Of a stretch of DNA of 5,546 nt, positions 1 through 5,546 are shown piece by piece. The position numbers were made by a program, and so were the translations under genes. Under the pieces are notes generated by a model, which saw only the letters and a program-made list of their open reading frames with translations, was not told where the DNA came from and did no database searches. Position 1 is the first letter of the stretch, and every line of letters starts with the position of its first letter. This DNA is from Amoeboradix gromovi X-113 (Eukaryota > Fungi > Sanchytriomycota): positions 1 to 5,546 of the forward strand of contig JADGIF010000647.1 of the NCBI GenBank assembly GCA_018985225.1, given 5' to 3'.

Positions 1-1
1 G

Positions 2-376
2 ACAGTAGCCTCTATAGATACGGTCTCGGCAGTCGATGAATCACTCGAGTCTATCCTCAGATCGAGATCCTTGCGAACAAGATCAAGGCAGCAGAGCGCA
101 ACAGGCACTACGCAGTATTACACGATGGGTTCTGACGTTACTTATAGCAACACGCTACAGCCTGTTGTCCTCAGCTACAATATGGGAAAGCTCAATATGA
201 CCATTCGTTGGACTTATTTTATCATTGGCAGATGTGTGCTTAGTGTGATGGTGGCAATAGCAGTGCTATACTACACACCATTCATACGAAGCATAAAAGG
301 ATGGAGGCTTAGCCAGAGTAAAAGTAGTAAAAGTACAAAAGAAAATCAAGACAAAGCCTTTGGGTCAGTGTTTTAG
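2..376 (+). CDS. 3' end of an unknown gene running in from the left edge; probable single-pass membrane protein (Ser/Thr-rich segment, hydrophobic helix, short basic tail)
   Basis: The frame of track ORF 71..376 is open back to position 2 (TVASIDTVSAVDESLESILRSRSLRTRS...), so the TTG start at 71 is probably not real. The hydrophobic stretch WTYFIIGRCVLSVMVAIAVLYY is followed by a K/R/S-rich tail and TAG at 374-376. No family recognised; it could be a decaying copy. Confidence 0.55.
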   Translation, partial: TVASIDTVSAVDESLESILRSRSLRTRSRQQSATGTTQYYTMGSDVTYSNTLQPVVLSYNMGKLNMTIRWTYFIIGRCVLSVMVAIAVLYYTPFIRSIKGWRLSQSKSSKSTKENQDKAFGSVF

Positions 377-516
377 AACAAATTTATATATTGAACATTA
401 TCTCAAGTCTATAGGAATGTGCTAAACGTGATCTATTTTAATATGATTCTCAGCTTTCACTGTGCTCTCTGTTTTTACGTGTTCGATTCTTTGGCAGGGA
501 TATTTGCAACAGCTGT

Positions 517-589
517 TTGTTTTCTTGAATAAATCATTTATCGCGAATTTGTATGCATTTTTATATAATTTCGTGACCTTTCAAAATTT
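517..589 (+). repeat. Dispersed direct repeat, copy 1 (about 73 bp)
   Basis: 517-554 is identical over 38 bp to 5189-5226 (TTGTTTTCTTGAATAAATCATTTATCGCGAATTTGTAT). The ungapped alignment continues to 589/5261 with 8 mismatches by hand count (65/73). Gapped similarity extends left (TTTGCAA, CAGCT). Confidence 0.95.
569..575 (-). promoter_or_regulatory. Canonical SCB element (CACGAAA) inside repeat copy 1
   Basis: Plus-strand TTTCGTG reads CACGAAA on the minus strand, the S. cerevisiae SCB consensus. Copy 2 has CTCGAAA at the equivalent position. Function is not shown. Confidence 0.3.
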
Positions 590-1058
590 CAGCATTATTA
601 CTTTATGGATTTAAAAGGCGAGTAAACATTCAGCTAGTTGCGGAGTTGACGAGTATGAAAGGAAAATAAATATTCTCTACAGCTATTCTCTTACTCTTTC
701 ATCTGATCTTTATTTCAAATAAAATATCACTATTACACTTCAAAGAAATAGACAAGAGTAATGATGTTAGTATAACATTACAAAATGACTCTAGAAAAGA
801 GTACCGTCTAAGAAAATCTTTTGCTTAGATGCTCAAAGACCTCATATATTTGAACGAGATGCAGGGTCTTCTAGTTTTATTATGAAGAAAGGATTGACAG
901 TAATGGAAGAAAATTGGTATAATAGAAGATCTTTTATTAATGATAGCATTTCCTCCGTATGGAGCACCTTTAAAAACGAGTTAGTCTAGTTTTTATATTT
1001 GGTGTTCCATGTCGTATCATTAGCATAATTGCAAATTTAAGAAAAGTCACTAAAAAGG

Positions 1059-1064
1059 TTTATT
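1059..1064 (-). terminator. Candidate polyadenylation signal AATAAA of the spliced Mbp1-like gene
   Basis: Lies 3 nt after the predicted spliced stop TAA (1068-1070). POP1 likewise has AATAAA at its stop. Confidence 0.4.
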
Positions 1065-1067
1065 TCG

Positions 1068-2746
1068 TTATTCAATCATTTTCATTAATTCTGGTTCCGA
1101 TATCTTACATATCTTTGTCATTATGTTCTTCAATAAATTCAGTTTACTGATTCCTCTGTTTTCTAAATTAGTAGATTTTTACCTTGCCGACCTAATTCAT
1201 CTTTATGGCTCTCACTCACACTGTCCACCCATTCATCAAGCATAGAGGCAGGAAATGTTTGTTTTTTTACATATTTTTTTAATTCCGGTAGCTCTTTCTC
1301 CATTTCAATTAGTTTTTTAGAATCGGTTTTTGAAAGTACGTAATTAGTTGAATACCGCTTTAAATCTGGATTGTCTGATGGTATTTCAAGATTTGGATGT
1401 TTCTTTACATAGTTCTTGATATCTAAATCAAACATTTCCACTTTGAGCTTCTTTAAAGTCGATTTCAAGTTCATTTCGTTTTCTTTTATTTTTGCCAAAT
1501 CCTTGCTCAAAACTTTCATTCTTTCGTACCTACTCATGTGATCATTTGCATAAGATTGCAGCTGGTCTAACCTTGATTTTAATTCTTTTGCTTCCCTCAA
1601 TGAAATTGTTAATTTCTCCGAATAACTTGAATTCAAGTTTTCCAAATAAGTCAATGAGTTAGGATCTGCTGGGTGGTGTACCGTGCTAATGGGTGGCTTG
1701 GCACCTGAATTCATCAGAGTTTTCGCCAAAGCATTATTCTTCTTTATAAAGGCAATCTGTAGCGCAGTTAAACCATCAACATCTACATAATCAACCAACT
1801 TGTCCTTGCCTTGAAGATCCATATCTAGTATACACTTTAGATAATAAGAGCACGCAGCCTGCTTACCCTCATCGGCAGAAACCAGTGCAATATGATGTAG
1901 AACAGTTCGATTCATCAGATCGATATTGAAAATAGAATCTTTAAACACTTCGAGTAGCTCCGGAAATCTTTTCTCTTCGAAATTGTCAGCGTACATTATA
2001 GCGCGCATTAAAGGCGTTTGACCAAACACATTTAGATGATGAACCAAACTACCAGCACTTCTTCGTTTAGAAACTCGTAACAAGTGGTTAACAATATCCA
2101 CTCGAGCAAGAGCTGCAGCCCAGTGTAGAGCAGAATGTCCTTGAGCATCCAAAGCCATTTGAAGATCCAAATCATTTGGTAATTTCAAAAGAAATGGTGG
2201 AGTCCCATGTGAAGATTCTAGGAGTGATTTTATTAACAAATCACGGTAATCTTTAGGCTGAGGAACACTAAGCTGTATTGTAGGTGTGGTGATTTTTATC
2301 TTTTCAGCCATAAGTGGTGAATAATTCAGAACAAGGTTAGGGGTAGTAATTTGGCGTACCGTGTTAGGTTTTTTTCTTTTAACGCTTTTGTTGATGGCTG
2401 CTAAAGACATTGATCTCTTTTGTTGGACTTGATACTCACCTGGAATATATTCAAGTATTTCTTTGATCAGATGATAGACCTGATAATCTTTTGCAAGTTG
2501 AACTCCTCGTTCAAAAGGTACCCAAGTACCTTGATATTTTCCATAACCACCTTGGACTTTTTCATGCTGCCCAGTTTGCACTTCTCTCTCCAAAATTTTC
2601 GTTCTGGCTGGTTTCTCAATATCTCCAACTTTCAGGATTTGGGTCGCATTTACCCAGTTGTCATCAAATCTCCTCATTATATCAATATTTCTCACTCGAA
2701 TCTCAAATACTTGAACACCTGAATATATCGCACTATATAAAGTCAT
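1068..2746 (-). CDS. MBP1: MBF/SBF DNA-binding subunit (Mbp1/Swi4/Res1/Res2 family): KilA-N/APSES domain, ankyrin repeats, coiled coil and C-terminal association region. Predicted exons 2746-1183 and 1162-1068, 552 aa (527 aa, 1163-2746, if unspliced)
   Basis: The N-terminus LYSAIYSGVQVFE...IMRRFDDNWVNATQILKVG...RTKILEREVQTGQHEKVQGGYGKYQGTWVP is the Mbp1/Res DNA-binding domain. The ankyrin motifs GHSALHWAAALA, GQTPLMRA, NRTVLHHIA and GLTALQIA, and the inter-repeat AACSYYL motif, are typical of the family. Paralogue assignment (Mbp1, Swi4, Res1 or Res2) cannot be settled without a tree. Confidence 0.93.
1163..1182 (-). other. Putative 20-nt GT-AG spliceosomal micro-intron
   Basis: Minus strand reads CAAG|GTAAAAATCTACTAATTTAG|AAAAC: AG|GTAA donor, TACTAAT branch point, TTTAG acceptor. 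Removal restores a 31-codon frame ending in TAA. An alternative, weaker GTCGGC donor at 1191 would give a 29-nt intron in the same phase. Confidence 0.8.
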
Positions 2747-2755
2747 TTTTACTCT

Positions 2756-2787
2756 ACGCGATATGTATCACAAGCCAGAGCGCGTCA
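2756..2787. promoter_or_regulatory. Two MCB-like ACGCG elements immediately upstream of the Mbp1-like start codon
   Basis: ACGCGA at 2756-2761 (+) and TGACGCGC at 2780-2787 (-), about 10 and 35 nt from the ATG at 2744-2746. Each is one base off the MCB consensus ACGCGT. Confidence 0.5.
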
Positions 2788-3394
2788 CGTTGAAGAAAAT
2801 GTGAACAGGTCTATTAGGGGAAAAACAAATATTTCAAGCTAAAAAACATATTTCAGTGAGCTTTAAATGAAGCTTAAAGTCAAGACTAAGTTTAAAGAAA
2901 CGAAAATTAAATCTTATAGAAATGCGACCTATTTTTACTGCCAATTTAGGATGGCTTTATGTTAGATGAGTCGTAAAATCCTAAAGCAAATTGCGGGCAA
3001 CACTTTCATTGGCAAAGTAGACAAGACAAACCTTGTAAATGCCCAGCTGAGATCTGAAGGCCTTCTCTGTGGTGCTTGATAAGTTAATTACACCCAATTT
3101 ATTTGATTATACGATAGTTTGCTATCATACTCACACAGCCATAGCTATTCTTTCTTTATGCTTGTTATCTTTTAACTAGGTGCGCAGATCGATATGATTT
3201 TCATGAATTAAAAACGGGAAAGATGGATGTTCTTAGCTATGCTCAATATTAAGAGTGAAAGGATACCAGGAACAAAAAATACATATGACGCCATATGCTA
3301 GAGAATTCACTCAGTATTAATATCAAGAGACTGGAGGTGGTTCTTAATTGTAAGGTGGCCAGCAACTTGAGTGGCGTAAAAAGTAAAGTTACTG

Positions 3395-3519
3395 ATCGCG
3401 ATAACAACGCCAGTATCAGCTTAGATAGTATCGCGCAAGTTATTTGAATAAGTATGAAAATTTGGTTGGTAGGCTATTGCGAAATAGTCATTGATTTGAA
3501 ATTCCTGCCATTTTCGCAA
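3395..3519. promoter_or_regulatory. CGCG/GCGAAA motif cluster in the POP1 promoter
   Basis: ATCGCGAT palindrome at 3395-3402, TATCGCGC at 3429-3436, and the inverted pair TTGCGAAA (3477-3484) / TTTCGCAA (3512-3519). Confidence 0.35.
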
Positions 3520-3544
3520 ATTCTTTCCCTCAACCCCTTAAGCC

Positions 3545-4999
3545 ATGAAAAATAAAATCTCACAGGTTAAAAAGAGTAGAAAGAGACCTAATATCGAAGT
3601 GCTATTGCCTACGGAGGATGTTATAAATGTAGAGAAATATATTGCCTTACGAGGAACTGAAGTCAAGATGATGGAATTAGCAATGCGACAAAGTGAGTTA
3701 TTGAAAGTCAGACTGCCAGAACAAAAGTTGCCACATCACTTAAGAAGAAGAGCCAATACTTATAATGAAAAAAAGAAAAGGTTTCCCAACAAAATCAGAA
3801 ATTTTAAAAATAGAAAGAACAACGAAAACTCTAAATGGATGGAGACTCATTTGTGGCATGCTAAAAGAATGAAAATGAACAATTTGTTTGGGTTCAAAAT
3901 AGCTCTCAAGCCCACCTTAAAGTGCCACAAAGCTATCATCAAGTCGAGTAAGCATGGATGCTGTATAAATGACAAATCTTATTACAAGGTGGTCCAAGTG
4001 ACATCGGAAATTGAAAAATTCAAGTCTAAGCACCTTAACTCGGTAAATCATGACTCTAATGTTTATTTCTTAGTTAATGTACACAAAGAACTGGTTGGAG
4101 AGATCTCTAGTTTAGAATCAGGTCACACTTTAATTTTAATAGCCCACCCAGAGATTATGGGTGAATTACACTGCATACTAGCCGAGTATGAGCATTCTGT
4201 GCTTGAATTGGGTGTGTTTGACCTTTATGGTCAACAGTCTACGATTTATTGCAAGTCAGTACTGCTACCAACTACGAATACAAGCTTTACCGAACTCACA
4301 AGTTTTCCTAGCTGTTTGCTAGGCCACTTCTTTAACTTTGATGCAGATATCTCTTTTCCTCCTGTTAGACTTCCACTTGATGATTTTAGTCAGTTTAGAG
4401 ATACGAAGAGCGATAAGGAGCTAATCACTAGCCATTTTACTGTTGCAAATACTTCATGGTATCAAATGAACCGATTAACTATTTTAGTCCCAAAACCCAA
4501 AATCAAATCTTTGTGGCGCAGTTTTATATTTTGCGGTGTATACGCATGCGGGTTAGAAAACGTACATACCATATATTTCGAGCACAAGTTGCCGTGCTAT
4601 CCGTTTGATTATGTGAATACGGGGGGCTATAACACTATTCACTCCATTTTATCAAACAACCTTCTACAAGTTTGGAATAAAAAGGCGCCTATTCATAAGA
4701 CAAGAGCACCGGAGTTTAACGAAATGCAAGGCAAGATTGCAACACCTTTGCATGAATTAACTAAGAACCCAAATATGCTATATTGGTGCTTTTTAACTCT
4801 TTATAAGGGAAATGCAAAATATCATGACAAGATAACTAACGACGGTGAAGTTATTGGATTTGTGACTACTTGCCAATTTAATCAGACAGTAGGTAGGACT
4901 TGCTGTATTGGGATTGTCAATGTAGCACTTGATTCAATCGATGTTCATGTTGAGAGTGGTGATGGATTTGCTGTGGCGAAACTAGAGTTAATAGATTAA
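3545..4999 (+). CDS. POP1: Ribonuclease P/MRP protein subunit POP1, reduced (484 aa)
   Basis: R-box LPHHLRRRANTYN and W-box WMETHLWHAKRMKM, followed by FGFKIALKPTLK...NDKSYY. POPLD-like block TILVPKPKIKSLWRSFIFCGVYACGLENVHTIYFEHKLPCYPFDYVNT. C-terminal EVIGFVTTCQFNQTVGRTCCIG motif. AATAAA (4998-5003) overlaps the TAA stop. Confidence 0.95.
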   Translation: MKNKISQVKKSRKRPNIEVLLPTEDVINVEKYIALRGTEVKMMELAMRQSELLKVRLPEQKLPHHLRRRANTYNEKKKRFPNKIRNFKNRKNNENSKWMETHLWHAKRMKMNNLFGFKIALKPTLKCHKAIIKSSKHGCCINDKSYYKVVQVTSEIEKFKSKHLNSVNHDSNVYFLVNVHKELVGEISSLESGHTLILIAHPEIMGELHCILAEYEHSVLELGVFDLYGQQSTIYCKSVLLPTTNTSFTELTSFPSCLLGHFFNFDADISFPPVRLPLDDFSQFRDTKSDKELITSHFTVANTSWYQMNRLTILVPKPKIKSLWRSFIFCGVYACGLENVHTIYFEHKLPCYPFDYVNTGGYNTIHSILSNNLLQVWNKKAPIHKTRAPEFNEMQGKIATPLHELTKNPNMLYWCFLTLYKGNAKYHDKITNDGEVIGFVTTCQFNQTVGRTCCIGIVNVALDSIDVHVESGDGFAVAKLELID

Positions 5000-5188
5000 T
5001 AAAAACTTGGCTAATTTTTTCTACAGCTTGTCGTACTAATGCGCAGCATGATGTTGGCAAGCAGACAAGAGATGCTCTATGAATAGAAACTACTAAAACA
5101 TTCAATTTGAGGCTAATATTGTTAACTTATTAGTAAAATAGGTGTATAAATAGCGATCGGAAAGGTTTGCAAAAGATTAGCAGCTCGA

Positions 5189-5261
5189 TTGTTTTCTTGA
5201 ATAAATCATTTATCGCGAATTTGTATATATTTTTGTATTATTTCGAGACTTTTCCAGATTT
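5189..5261 (+). repeat. Dispersed direct repeat, copy 2 (about 73 bp)
   Basis: Matches 517-589 at an offset of 4672 bp in the same orientation, with a 38-bp exact core. Confidence 0.95.
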
Positions 5262-5546
5262 TTCTAATAGCTTAAATACTCGATCTTCTTCCTTTTGCAA
5301 ATGGTAAGTGGAATTAATGGACGTAATCCCTAGAAAGAGACGAACAATAAAAATAAACTTGTAAACCGTTTATTTAATGATTCTTGTGGTTGGTCTTACC
5401 GAATATGCGACTTAAACACCAGTTTGCATGAATTCAATAAGTACAGTAAGCAGAAATTAGCTCAGAATTCAAAGTAGATTCACGTTGGAATAACGTTGCA
5501 CCTATATGACTTCCATAGATCATTACTGTAACCATTGGTTTACAAG

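Noticed and set aside
317-334. 9-bp tandem duplication AGTAAAAGT x2
   Set aside because: Trivial in-frame slippage encoding SKSSKS.
1139-1165. TAG readthrough or a TAR=Gln genetic code as an alternative to the micro-intron
   Set aside because: Readthrough adds only KTEESVN before TGA and does not recover the family-like tail. Both long ORFs lack internal TAA/TAG, and POP1 ends in TAA.
2420-2793. Plus-strand track ORFs 2420..2722 and 2491..2793
   Set aside because: Antisense shadows over the highly conserved KilA-N coding region, with TTG starts and no recognisable motifs.
3061-3070. U6-like ACAGAGAAG on the minus strand (and AAGATTAGCA at 5173-5182)
   Set aside because: Isolated short matches without the adjoining conserved U6 sequence.
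4043-4073. Intron-like GTAAAT...CTAAT...TTAG (31 nt) inside POP1
   Set aside because: Removal would frameshift away the downstream conserved POP1 blocks; the ORF is open through it.
4987-5026. Intron-like GTTAAT...GCTAAT...CTACAG spanning the POP1 stop
   Set aside because: Splicing would only swap the last few residues (DLSY*). AATAAA at the existing stop supports the unspliced end.
4917-5105. Minus-strand 62-aa track ORF
   Set aside because: Non-ATG start, overlaps the POP1 3' end in antisense, no protein features.
517-5261. Interpreting the direct repeats as LTRs, a composite mobile element or CRISPR repeats
   Set aside because: Only two copies, no LTR termini, PBS or PPT, no transposase, RT or cas genes; the enclosed genes are core housekeeping genes.
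5159-5368. Possible RNase P/MRP RNA beside POP1 (GGAAAGGTTTGCAA can pair with TTGTAAACC like helix P4)
   Set aside because: The CR-V consensus is not matched, there is no convincing P1-P3, the interval is very AT-rich, and it contains the dispersed repeat.
5358-5546. 10-bp inverted repeat CTTGTAAACC (5358-5367) / GGTTTACAAG (5537-5546), MITE-like spacing
   Set aside because: A 10-bp match is plausible by chance in AT-rich DNA. The right arm hits the window edge, so extension and a TSD cannot be assessed.

Overview
AT-rich eukaryotic DNA, most likely from a compact fungal or early-diverging holomycotan genome (lineage not determinable from the sequence alone). Two core genes are divergently transcribed: an Mbp1/Swi4/Res-type G1/S transcription factor (KilA-N/APSES domain plus ankyrin repeats, minus strand) and a strongly reduced POP1 (RNase P/MRP subunit, plus strand). 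The 3' end of an unknown single-pass membrane protein gene lies at the left edge. The main finding is that the ORF track appears to truncate the Mbp1-like gene: its apparent TAG stop is the acceptor of a putative 20-nt spliceosomal micro-intron (GTAAAAATCTACTAATTTAG, 1163-1182). Splicing adds a 31-aa C-terminus resembling the family's heterodimerisation tail. An approximately 73-bp dispersed direct repeat (517-589 and 5189-5261) brackets the gene pair. CGCG-core motifs (MCB/SCB-like, recurring as TATCGCG) are concentrated in intergenic DNA.
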